A stretch of 64,000 nucleotides of DNA, taken from sequence record OZ195776.1; one strand, given 5' to 3'. The position numbers were made by a program, and so were the translations under genes. This document shows positions 19,013 through 26,814 of the stretch, in pieces. The notes beneath the pieces were generated by a model that saw nothing but the letters and a program-made list of their open reading frames with translations, ran no database searches and was not told the origin of the DNA. The number at the start of each line of letters is the position of its first letter. Within the stretch, counting starts at the first letter, position 1.

Positions 19013-19806
19013 AAGTCCATTCGCTTTTCAATATCTTCACGAACCAATTCGAACCCACGAGATGCTCCAAACGGAATCTTGCGGTCGATGATTGGCATGG
19101 CCATTGTCATTTCAGAGTAACCGTTCGACGGCATGTACTCAGAATCTTCTGGATCGTACTCAGGGATCGCAGGATCAATCATGATTTTGTACGGGTATGG
19201 GTTTGTTGAGAAGAACCAACCAACGTAGTCGACGACGCTTAGCTGCGTACCAACAACCACTACAGTGTCTTGAGGTCGAACTGCACCAGCACCACGTAGC
19301 AAAGAATTCATTTTCTCGTAGGCAGGCGCCATCTCACCAAAGAAGATTACATCTGGCTTGGCGTTTAATTCAAACGTACGTGAATCGATACGGTCTTTCT
19401 CGTAATCGTACGCTGCGTAACCGATGTCTTTCGAATCGCAATCAGGCGTCGTGTAGTCAGTAACGACTTTGGTCAGCTCACCATGAATATGCAGTACGTC
19501 TTCAACGCCAGCGCGTTCAAGCAAGTCTGATACATTTGCAGTAATGTTGATAACACGATCTTTACCGTATTTCTTTTGCATTTCAGCAATGAAATGGTGC
19601 GCTGCGTTTGGCTCAACATTTCCAAGTTGCATACGACGTTCGTTATAGAACGAATGCACTTTTTCGTAGTTCTGAGCCCACGTACGGATGTTACAGACTT
19701 CGTTCAAATCAAACTTATCCCAGGTACCACCAGTATCACGAAAGGTATTGATGCCAGACTCTTTGTCCAGACCAGCACCACTTAAAATAAAAAGTCTTGG
19801 TAACAT
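19009..19806 (-). CDS. Sir2/CobB-family NAD-dependent deacylase
   Basis: SGAGLDKESGINTFRD, PNAAH, TANVSDLLERAG, HIHG, KPDVIFFGE. Confidence 0.9.
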   Translation of the reverse strand: MLPRLFILSGAGLDKESGINTFRDTGGTWDKFDLNEVCNIRTWAQNYEKVHSFYNERRMQLGNVEPNAAHHFIAEMQKKYGKDRVINITANVSDLLERAGVEDVLHIHGELTKVVTDYTTPDCDSKDIGYAAYDYEKDRIDSRTFELNAKPDVIFFGEMAPAYEKMNSLLRGAGAVRPQDTVVVVGTQLSVVDYVGWFFSTNPYPYKIMIDPAIPEYDPEDSEYMPSNGYSEMTMAMPIIDRKIPFGASRGFELVREDIEKRMDL

Positions 19807-19815
19807 CAGTTACTC

Positions 19816-20499
19816 CTATGTGTATTGTTGCATTAACTCATCACGAAACGCTTGTTTACGTTTCTCTTCACGCTTTTGTTGTTTGGCAGCTTGCGCTTGT
19901 CGTTGTCTACATACCACAAACCACAACGCATTCGCAATCACTCGATTCTCAGTCTCGGTAAAACAAGAAGGAATGGTCATTTCAAAACGACCAATGTGAT
20001 TATTGTAAACAGCCACGAATTTAACTTGCGTGTCTTTATCTACAATAACACATGAACTGCCGTGTCTAAAGCCCTCAGTTTGGGTCGCAATGTGAAAACG
20101 TGTTGGTGTATTGATCATTTTATCGATTATAGCAATAGCAGGTTCTTCAACATCGTATTTGAAATCATCAGCAGTCATCATACGGTATTTTGCATAATCT
20201 GCACGCATTTCGATCATTTTCTTGGCATTAATTGCCCAAGGGTTCTCGTAACAATTACCAATGCGACGATGGTTACGGTAGCCAGGACTAAAGCCAGAAT
20301 TGTCAGGTTGCGTAACGACGTACATCTTGTAAATCGAAGCAGGACTGTTCAAGAAGGTTTGGAAGTATTTGTGTTTGGGATTTTGGCTTATAAAGCCGCC
20401 AATGGTTCCATCACCGTAAGCGTGGACATTGATTTGAGGTTTGCAAAGAGGGGTGTGAAGAATACTATGGATGTATTCTTGTGCTGTGGTAGTTGACAT
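19816..20499 (-). CDS. hypothetical protein
   Basis: 227 aa; AGGAG SD; promoter-like TTGACC-17-TAATAT upstream. Confidence 0.7.
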   Translation of the reverse strand: MSTTTAQEYIHSILHTPLCKPQINVHAYGDGTIGGFISQNPKHKYFQTFLNSPASIYKMYVVTQPDNSGFSPGYRNHRRIGNCYENPWAINAKKMIEMRADYAKYRMMTADDFKYDVEEPAIAIIDKMINTPTRFHIATQTEGFRHGSSCVIVDKDTQVKFVAVYNNHIGRFEMTIPSCFTETENRVIANALWFVVCRQRQAQAAKQQKREEKRKQAFRDELMQQYT

Positions 20500-20557
20500 A
20501 ACGTTCTCCTTTGATTGATACGGAGATATTAAGCCAACTACGTTTTCAGGTCAACGA

Positions 20558-20761
20558 TTAATCCATTCGGGTTAATTCGTGATCGCGAACTTTCTGACCA
20601 TTACGAGTGTTTTCGTATAATCGATCTGCGCGGATGTAAGACCAGTCGTAAGGCGAACCATCACGGTGAGCAGCAAGTCGGTAACATACCGATGCAATGT
20701 TGCGTCCACGATGATCCTTATCCAACTGGAATAGATTTTTGACAACCTTTAGTAAATTCAT
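20558..20761 (-). CDS. hypothetical protein
   Basis: GGAG SD; 67 aa. Confidence 0.55.
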   Translation of the reverse strand: MNLLKVVKNLFQLDKDHRGRNIASVCYRLAAHRDGSPYDWSYIRADRLYENTRNGQKVRDHELTRMD

Positions 20762-20821
20762 GCTAGTTCTCCAATTAATAAACTCCGGATAAAGAAAAAC
20801 CCGCTCGAGGCGGGTTATTTA

Positions 20822-20928
20822 TTGAAGCGATGGCGTGACAAGCACCATTGAATTTGTGTATAGATTCGCTTGCGGCAATCCTACTGCATACCAGTCTTAC
20901 CTGGTCCTATATGAGTCACACTTCAAAA
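20822..20928 (-). ncRNA. putative structured small RNA
   Basis: TTGAAG...CTTCAA closing stem; shares ACCAGGTAA and TATGCAGTAG with 22999-23080. Confidence 0.4.
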
Positions 20929-20934
20929 ATCTTA

Positions 20935-21282
20935 TTAATCGTAGTACCACCAGAAACCGATGTACTTTTTAGCTTTATCGTAGAAGTCCCAGTTATTTTC
21001 AGGATCTTTCCAGAATCGAGCTTGTTGCTGTTGCCAATGTGAACGTCTCGCTTTACGAGTGTACCACTTGACTGCAGCGGATTCTTTGTAGTTGTGGTCT
21101 GTTTCTTCAACCAAGCACCAAGAGTCATACTCATCTTCTGTGTTAATCCAATTAGCGTAACGCTCTGGATCCTCATCGTAACGATTGCGAAGCCCGTAAT
21201 CCATACGGTTGATGTATTCGTCTAATGCTCCGTGACGACGCCACGGACGGTTACCTTTTTGCTTACGATATGTTTTTGACAC
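20935..21282 (-). CDS. hypothetical protein
   Basis: GAGG SD; 115 aa, Trp/Tyr rich. Confidence 0.65.
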   Translation of the reverse strand: MSKTYRKQKGNRPWRRHGALDEYINRMDYGLRNRYDEDPERYANWINTEDEYDSWCLVEETDHNYKESAAVKWYTRKARRSHWQQQQARFWKDPENNWDFYDKAKKYIGFWWYYD

Positions 21283-21341
21283 TTTTGATTTCCTCTATTG
21301 ATGACATTCAATAGAAAAAATCGTTCTCAAAATAATTCATT

Positions 21342-21605
21342 TTAGCTACCTGTAAACAAGAATGATATCAAACTACCCAAGTCTCCAAAAGACGTGGCAC
21401 CAAAAGAAAATCCTGATATCCACATTGAAACTGTGAATAAAAGTGAAACAAAATGAACACCGAGTGCTCCAAGTTCCATCATTCTTACCGTGTTGCTACT
21501 GTTGTATGCTAACGTCAATGCGTTGATTATCAAGATTCCGTACCAAGGTACATGAACGCCTATCATCCAACCAATGACAACAAAAAAGATGCTTACGACC
21601 ACCAT
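21342..21605 (-). CDS. small membrane protein
   Basis: Three hydrophobic segments. Confidence 0.5.
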   Translation of the reverse strand: MVVVSIFFVVIGWMIGVHVPWYGILIINALTLAYNSSNTVRMMELGALGVHFVSLLFTVSMWISGFSFGATSFGDLGSLISFLFTGS

Positions 21606-21897
21606 TATATAAATTCCTCACAATGAATTTGTGGATGCCACTACCATCCTGCACATATTGAATCTTACATTCTGACGTGTGCACGTGCCGCGTGGTTCTC
21701 TTTCGATAATTTATACACCACTGAGACTCATAAGAGGTGTTTGACTGCATACCCAATTCCATCAGTCGCTACTGGCACCAAAACTTCCTTCAAACCAGCT
21801 CCCCTGCAGGTTGATCAACTCTATCTCACGACAGTATTTGACCTATACTTCTTTAACGTCAGTGCAGACCCGACGATTACACAGTTAAGTGATAATG

Positions 21898-21973
21898 TGG
21901 TGGAAGTGGTGGGACTCGAACCCACGACCGACGGCTTATCGGGCCGGCGCTCTACCAACTGAGCTACACTTCC
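21898..21973 (-). tRNA. tRNA-Ile(GAT)
   Basis: Cloverleaf with CCA; unusual C33. Confidence 0.9.
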
Positions 21974-21980
21974 ATTAATA

Positions 21981-22056
21981 TGGTGCACCCTACTGGAATC
22001 GAACCAGTGACGCGAAGATCTTCAATCTACCGCTCTACCATCTGAGCTAAGGGTGC
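21981..22056 (-). tRNA. tRNA-Phe(GAA)
   Basis: Cloverleaf with CCA. Confidence 0.95.
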
Positions 22057-22265
22057 ATATTGTATTCGTTTATATCAAAATCGGTTAACGACTCAACGAG
22101 AATAGTTGCTTTGTAACCTACGTACAATTCATCTCCGTACCACAAGTCGGTGCATTCCTCTACAATATAAGAAGAACCAAGAACGATGTGCTTGATGTTA
22201 AAGAATTGCAAATTGCGTTCAAGAACTGTTTTAGCTCTATCTGTCAATGGTTTGATTTTGATCAT
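22047..22265 (-). CDS. hypothetical protein within the tRNA array
   Basis: AGGAG SD; 72 aa. Confidence 0.5.
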   Translation of the reverse strand: MIKIKPLTDRAKTVLERNLQFFNIKHIVLGSSYIVEECTDLWYGDELYVGYKATILVESLTDFDINEYNMHP

Positions 22266-22296
22266 AACATTCTCCTATTTGGAGAATATTTATAAT

Positions 22297-22372
22297 TGGA
22301 GCGAATGATGAGGTTCGAACTCACGACCTGTTGCTTGGCAAGCAACCGCTCTACCAACTGAGCTACATTCGC
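22297..22372 (-). tRNA. tRNA-Gly(GCC)
   Basis: Cloverleaf with CCA. Confidence 0.95.
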
Positions 22373-22833
22373 ATTTGAACTTTTCGGTTCCCGTGTATAT
22401 TTTGTATGTGGCACGGACCACAACCCCTACGCCTTGGTGCGTCAATGGAGCTAGTATTCGTTATCAAGTGCTGCTTCCATGTGCTACTCCTTATAGGTTT
22501 TCCAAACCCTGATTTCGCACTCTCGGCAGTTTCTACGTCAACTTTTCTTCCGATATCCTTTTGAAACACTCACTATCCAGTTGGATTCGCATTGCTAAGT
22601 GAGGTCCGCATCCTTAATCGATTTGTCGTACACCTGAAAATTTTAATTGCTTTGATCGAACAAATTCTTTATTGCTTTCAAATTAGTCAAATCAACTTGA
22701 AGTTGCCGTAGCATTACTTCGTTCTTTGTTGATTTAATCTGCCTCTCCAAATCCTTTATCAGAAATCCAATAGATGACTTGGTGATATTGAAATAGTTTA
22801 TATTGAAACTCGCATCTGTTAAACCTTTTTGTT

Positions 22834-22910
22834 TGGTGGATAGTGCTGGATTTGAACCAGCGACCAACGGATTATGATTCCGACGAACTACCAGACTGTT
22901 CTAACTATCC
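22834..22910 (-). tRNA. tRNA-Met(CAT), probably elongator
   Basis: Cloverleaf; anticodon loop AT-CAT-AA. Confidence 0.85.
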
Positions 22911-22912
22911 AA

Positions 22913-22988
22913 TGGTGGAGAATATCGGAATCGAACCGATGACCTCCTCCTTGCAAGGGAGGCGCTCTACCAACTGAGCTAAGACCCC
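22913..22988 (-). tRNA. tRNA-Ala(TGC)
   Basis: Cloverleaf with G3:U70 and CCA. Confidence 0.9.
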
Positions 22989-22998
22989 ATTTATTAAA

Positions 22999-23080
22999 TT
23001 CAAGATTGTCTATTGCAGGTGTCCGGACTTACTACTGCATAAAGCTGCTGCCTTCGTTACCTGGTTCAACAATCTTGGAA
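22999..23080 (-). ncRNA. putative structured small RNA
   Basis: CAAGATTGT...ACAATCTTG closing stem and internal CAGGT/ACCTG pairing. Confidence 0.45.
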
Positions 23081-23082
23081 AC

Positions 23083-23160
23083 TGGCAGGAGATGTGGGAC
23101 TCGAACCCAACAACCTTCGGATTTGGAATCCGCTGCTCTACCAATTAGAGCTAATCTCCT
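23083..23160 (-). tRNA. tRNA-Trp(CCA)
   Basis: Cloverleaf with CCA. Confidence 0.9.
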
Positions 23161-23214
23161 ATTGATGATTTTATGTTTTTAACGTGGAGATAATCAACAA
23201 CTCTCACAATCAAT

Positions 23215-23290
23215 TGGGGTGACCTGCGGGGTTCGAACCCGCGACCGCCGGAATCACAATCCAGAGCTCTACCAACTGAGCTAAGGCCAC
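23215..23290 (-). tRNA. tRNA-His(GTG)
   Basis: Cloverleaf with C73; the genomic -1 base is T, not G. Confidence 0.9.
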
Positions 23291-23534
23291 ATCTAAAAAC
23301 ACTCAACGAATGCGCTTAGATGTGATTGCCTCACATCGAATAGTTTCTCGGACTATTCCAAGACTCTGTTACAAGTCACCGCCCTATTCTATCTGTTGTT
23401 ATACTCGTGAAGGGTACCGAGTGGTCTTTTGCAAAACTATCAAGAGTTTAGCTTCGTGCAAGGCTCTTGGACCTTCTACCGATTAGCGATCGGTATTTCC
23501 AGCAATAGAACTAATCGCTCTACTCGTAAAGTTT

Positions 23535-23645
23535 TGAAGAATGATGGGAATTGAACCCACTTCGGATAACAGCATTGTAAAGAGGCTATCGATTATTTCC
23601 TACCGGCTTGTTTCAGACCTGCATTTCCTCTTTGCGAGCATTCTT
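23535..23645 (-). ncRNA. tRNA-like RNA (acceptor stem plus T arm, no anticodon arm)
   Basis: AAGAATG/CATTCTT stem; GTGGG-TTCAATT-CCCAT T arm. Confidence 0.5.
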
Positions 23646-23651
23646 TCAAAT

Positions 23652-23742
23652 TGGCGGAGAGACAGAGACTCGAACTCTGACGACGCTATTAACATCGAAC
23701 GGCTTTCAAGGCCGCGGCAGTACCAATTATGCTTACCTCTCC
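23652..23742 (-). tRNA. tRNA-Ser(TGA)
   Basis: Type II cloverleaf. Confidence 0.95.
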
Positions 23743-23748
23743 AGAATA

Positions 23749-23833
23749 TGGTGCGCAGGGTGGGACTCGAACCCACACGCCCTAAGGCCACGGAATCTAA
23801 ATCCGCGTTGTCTACCAATTCCAGCACCTGCGC
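23749..23833 (-). tRNA. tRNA-Leu(TAG)
   Basis: Type II cloverleaf. Confidence 0.95.
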
Positions 23834-24253
23834 ATGTTATTTCTACACCAGACAATAGGACTTACTTCGACTTATTCCAACGTCTAACGTATTAGCTTCA
23901 CAAGGTCGTCACCTATCATATTCGGATTCACCGTGGTTGCCACCTATTCGATATAACGTCATCGAAAACGACCTGGTATTCACAAGGGCATAATGCCTAT
24001 TTCCAAGTAAACCAACTTCGTCGTAATCATGCTAAAGAGCAAGAATCGAGGTAGTTACCTAATCAACACTCCGTAGAGCTGTTTCCAAGTATTGAAAACG
24101 CATCAAAGAGGCGTGGCCTATCATTCTTAGTTAGGTTTTATTGTTTGCTGGACACTGTCTTCTGTGCAGAACTTTTAATGTGGTTGTTTTTACGATTTCA
24201 AGAGAGCCACACTTCCTTGAGTAACCGTCCTAATCAAGTTAGGAAGGATAATA

Positions 24254-24330
24254 TGGCGGATCCTCAGGGATTTGAACCCCGAACCTTGCGCTTAACAGGC
24301 GCCCGCTCTAACCATTGGAGCTAAGGATCC
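24254..24330 (-). tRNA. tRNA-Asn(GTT)
   Basis: Cloverleaf with CCA. Confidence 0.95.
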
Positions 24331-24336
24331 GTAATA

Positions 24337-24413
24337 TGGCGCACCGAGTAGGACTCGAACCTACCTCAATCCTCGTTCGTAGCGAGGTGCCAATCCAGAT
24401 TGACTACCGGTGC
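24337..24413 (-). tRNA. tRNA-Arg(ACG)
   Basis: Cloverleaf with CCA. Confidence 0.9.
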
Positions 24414-24420
24414 AAAAATT

Positions 24421-24497
24421 TGGCGGGTGTGACGGGATTTGAACCCGCTACCTACGACGTGACAGGCCGTTATGCAAACCAACTACACCTCACACCC
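24421..24497 (-). tRNA. tRNA-Asp(GTC)
   Basis: Cloverleaf with CCA. Confidence 0.95.
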
Positions 24498-24498
24498 T

Positions 24499-24714
24499 TT
24501 AAGAAACTACATGTACAATACCTAGGATTGGAAGAACTATAAACCAACAAAGCAAAATTAAGAAGAACAATCCTGTACCAATGATACCAGGTAATTGCTT
24601 TAGACGATATCCCCAAAGTCCATACTTCTTGATCTGTTTCTGACGTTCTAACTCTGCTCGACGAGCGATATTCTCGGAGCTAAAGTAGTTCAGTATATCT
24701 CTTGTATCAAACAT
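24499..24714 (-). CDS. small membrane protein
   Basis: C-terminal TM helix; weak SD. Confidence 0.45.
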   Translation of the reverse strand: MFDTRDILNYFSSENIARRAELERQKQIKKYGLWGYRLKQLPGIIGTGLFFLILLCWFIVLPILGIVHVVS

Positions 24715-24729
24715 ATAATTCTCATAAAC

Positions 24730-24807
24730 TGGTCGGAACTGTAGGATTCGAACCTACGACCCCTTGCTCCCAAAGCAAGCGCTGCTACCAAACTGAGCTA
24801 AGTTCCG
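24730..24807 (-). tRNA. tRNA-Pro(TGG)
   Basis: Cloverleaf with CCA. Confidence 0.95.
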
Positions 24808-24816
24808 AAAATAACT

Positions 24817-24876
24817 GGATACGTTTGTCTTTTTTTTCAAATAAAAAATTAGATTTAATGTTTGCTGAATGTATCC
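24817..24876 (-). ncRNA. minimal motif RNA
   Basis: GGATAC-ATTCAGCAAAC...GTATCC end-to-end stem. Confidence 0.55.
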
Positions 24877-24882
24877 ATAAAC

Positions 24883-24958
24883 TGGCTGGCGTAGGAGGAC
24901 TCGAACCTCCGACCATCGGTATCAAAAACCGATGCGCTACCAACTGCGCTATACGCCA
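24883..24958 (-). tRNA. tRNA-Gln(TTG)
   Basis: Cloverleaf with CCA. Confidence 0.95.
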
Positions 24959-24965
24959 ATAAAAC

Positions 24966-25042
24966 TGGTGGGTGTAGAAGGACTCGAACCTTCGACCACT
25001 CGATTAAAAGTCGAGTGCTCTAACCAACTGAGCTACACACCC
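24966..25042 (-). tRNA. tRNA-Lys(TTT)
   Basis: Cloverleaf with CCA. Confidence 0.95.
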
Positions 25043-25114
25043 AAATCTTGTAACTGAGATAAGCATCTCATGTTTCCATTTGAAAGTAAACCAGTTATTT
25101 GATTTACTTTGAAA

Positions 25115-25191
25115 TGGAAGCGGGAGGTGGATTTGAACCACCGACCTTTGGGTTATGAGCCCAATAAGCTACCAGACTGCTCCATCCCGCT
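25115..25191 (-). tRNA. initiator tRNA-fMet(CAT)
   Basis: Three G:C pairs closing the anticodon stem; A1:U72. Confidence 0.9.
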
Positions 25192-25197
25192 ACAATT

Positions 25198-25282
25198 TGG
25201 TGGGAACACATACCTCCGTGGGCTTATCAACAATACTTCACTGACTCGTAAAGTTGATTACCTTCTCCGAAGAGAACTCCCA
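25198..25282 (-). ncRNA. CCA-ended non-tRNA small RNA
   Basis: TGGGA...TTCCCA-CCA ends, no cloverleaf. Confidence 0.45.
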
Positions 25283-25287
25283 TAATT

Positions 25288-25365
25288 TGGTTCTCGAGAC
25301 GGGAATCGAACCCGCTAATCCCACCTTGAAAGGGTGGTGACTCAACCAGATGGTCTGCCCGAGAA
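25288..25365 (-). tRNA. tRNA-Glu(TTC)
   Basis: Cloverleaf with CCA. Confidence 0.95.
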
Positions 25366-25370
25366 TTGTT

Positions 25371-25456
25371 TGGTGGGCCATCCTGGACTCGAACCAGGAA
25401 CTCCGTGAGGAGGACGGATTTACAATCCGCTGCAATCGCCATTCTGCCAACGACCC
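25371..25456 (-). tRNA. tRNA-Tyr(GTA)
   Basis: Type II cloverleaf. Confidence 0.95.
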
Positions 25457-25481
25457 AATGTATTTTTAACTAATGTTATCC

Positions 25482-25556
25482 TGGTGCTCTGTGACGGATT
25501 CGAACCGCCGTCACCTCATTACAAGTGAGGTGCTAAACCAACTCAGCTAACAGAGC
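25482..25556 (-). tRNA. tRNA-Thr(TGT)
   Basis: Cloverleaf with CCA. Confidence 0.95.
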
Positions 25557-25571
25557 AACGTATTTGTAGTT

Positions 25572-25600
25572 ATTATCCAGCATTCCAGCTGGTTGTAAAC
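25572..25600 (-). promoter_or_regulatory. T4-type early promoter
   Basis: GTTTAC-17 nt (ending TG)-GATAAT just upstream of tRNA-Thr. Confidence 0.65.
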
Positions 25601-25608
25601 TTGAAAGC

Positions 25609-25665
25609 AAAAAAAAAGCCGCTTTAATAAGCGGCTTCTATAAATCTTTGGAATATAGAAGACGC
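25609..25665 (-). terminator. terminator with overlapping antiterminator (attenuator)
   Basis: AAGCCGC-8-GCGGCTT-T tract; competing stem GCGTCTTCTATA/TATAGAAGCCGC. Confidence 0.8.
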
Positions 25666-25667
25666 AG

Positions 25668-25724
25668 TTAGCTCGCAGGATTTGTTTCGTAAATGTAAAA
25701 TTTTTGAAGTGAATGTGCGAACAT
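25668..25724 (-). CDS. leader peptide MFAHSLQKFYIYETNPAS
   Basis: AAGGA SD 7 nt before ATG; stop 2 nt before the antiterminator 5' arm. Confidence 0.6.
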   Translation of the reverse strand: MFAHSLQKFYIYETNPAS

Positions 25725-25846
25725 AATTGATTCCTTTGGGAAAAATAAACTTTTTTTCTTTCTCTTACTTTATATATAACAGCTTACTCAAGGATTCGGC
25801 TGTTTTAAACAAAAAATTTGAATTTTTTTCAAATTAATTTAGAATG

Positions 25847-25938
25847 TGGCGGAAGGAGAGGGACTCGAACCCTCAGACCGGCTATTAACCAGTCGATTCC
25901 TTAGCAGGGAACTCCGATACCAATTATGGGATCCTTCC
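25847..25938 (-). tRNA. tRNA-Ser(GCT)
   Basis: Type II cloverleaf. Confidence 0.95.
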
Positions 25939-25948
25939 GTTGTATATC

Positions 25949-26033
25949 TGGTACGGGTAGCGGGAGTCGAACCCGCACCTCCTAAGAGAGTGGATTTTAA
26001 GTCCACAGCATATGCCAATTTCGCCATACCCGT
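25949..26033 (-). tRNA. tRNA-Leu(TAA)
   Basis: Type II cloverleaf. Confidence 0.95.
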
Positions 26034-26040
26034 ATAAATT

Positions 26041-26127
26041 TGGTGCCAGTGGCCGGACTCGAACCGGCACGGTATTTCTACCACAGGATTTTGAATCCTG
26101 CGCGCCTACCAATTACGCCACACTGGC
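26041..26127 (-). tRNA. tRNA-Leu(CAA)
   Basis: Type II cloverleaf. Confidence 0.95.
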
Positions 26128-26128
26128 T

Positions 26129-26206
26129 TGGAGCTGCGTGAGGGATTCGAACCCCCGAAGCTTGGATTTGCAATCCAGTACATTAGACCAACTCTGCCAA
26201 CACAGC
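26129..26206 (-). tRNA. tRNA-Cys(GCA)
   Basis: Cloverleaf with CCA. Confidence 0.95.
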
Positions 26207-26293
26207 ATTTTTCAAGTTCACACTTTTGATTAGTACGGTAGTGACTCTCCGTAATGTGGTGACCCGCCGTGGACTCGAACCACGCCCTATCGA

Positions 26294-26770
26294 TTATTCT
26301 GAACGCTCTGTGCGTCTGCGTCTATACGTTGATGTTTGTGAATGACAATTTGGACACAACCAGGATAGGTTTTCCTTCCGATTATCGTTGCTAATTCCAT
26401 TAACATGTTCCAGCTCCAATGTAAGAGGTTTCCCATTCCAAGTATCCGGAATTCCACACTCATCACAGTGGTTTCGATAGAACCCTAATCGAATTGATAT
26501 TTGTCGGGCGCTGCTACGAGGTGCAGTGCAATTCTCTACAAAGAACGATTCTTCGGTGTGTGAAAATTTATTACGCTTAAACGTCTTTTTAACATCAAAG
26601 TGTTCAGTAGACACGTCGTACTTATCACACAGCACTTTCAATCGATTTATATTGTATGTACAGACCGTTATACCAACACCACGGCACACATCACTCCAAC
26701 AAAACGAATCACTTGCTACGGTGATTAGCTGTTCTAACGTATAGTGCTTAAAATCTTTATTGCTTTTCAT
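26294..26770 (-). mobile_element. HNH homing endonuclease inside the tRNA anticodon loop
   Basis: CDECG...LELEHVNGISNDNRKENLSWLCPNCHSQT. Confidence 0.9.
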
Positions 26771-26775
26771 TTTCT

Positions 26776-26814
26776 ACTCCTACTGCTGATGTGTTATTTA
26801 TACAGCAGTAGGAG
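26776..26814 (-). promoter_or_regulatory. late promoter in an RBS-sequestering hairpin
   Basis: CTCCTACTGCTG-TATAAATA-ACACAT-CAGCAGTAGGAG. Confidence 0.85.

Noticed and set aside
23840-24250. RNase P RNA
   Set aside because: No convincing P4 strands (GAGGAAAGUCC / AACAGAANNCGGCUUA).
23541-26233. ORF-track proteins overlapping tRNA genes on either strand
   Set aside because: They are translations of tRNA sequence or its antisense, without SD or protein-like composition.
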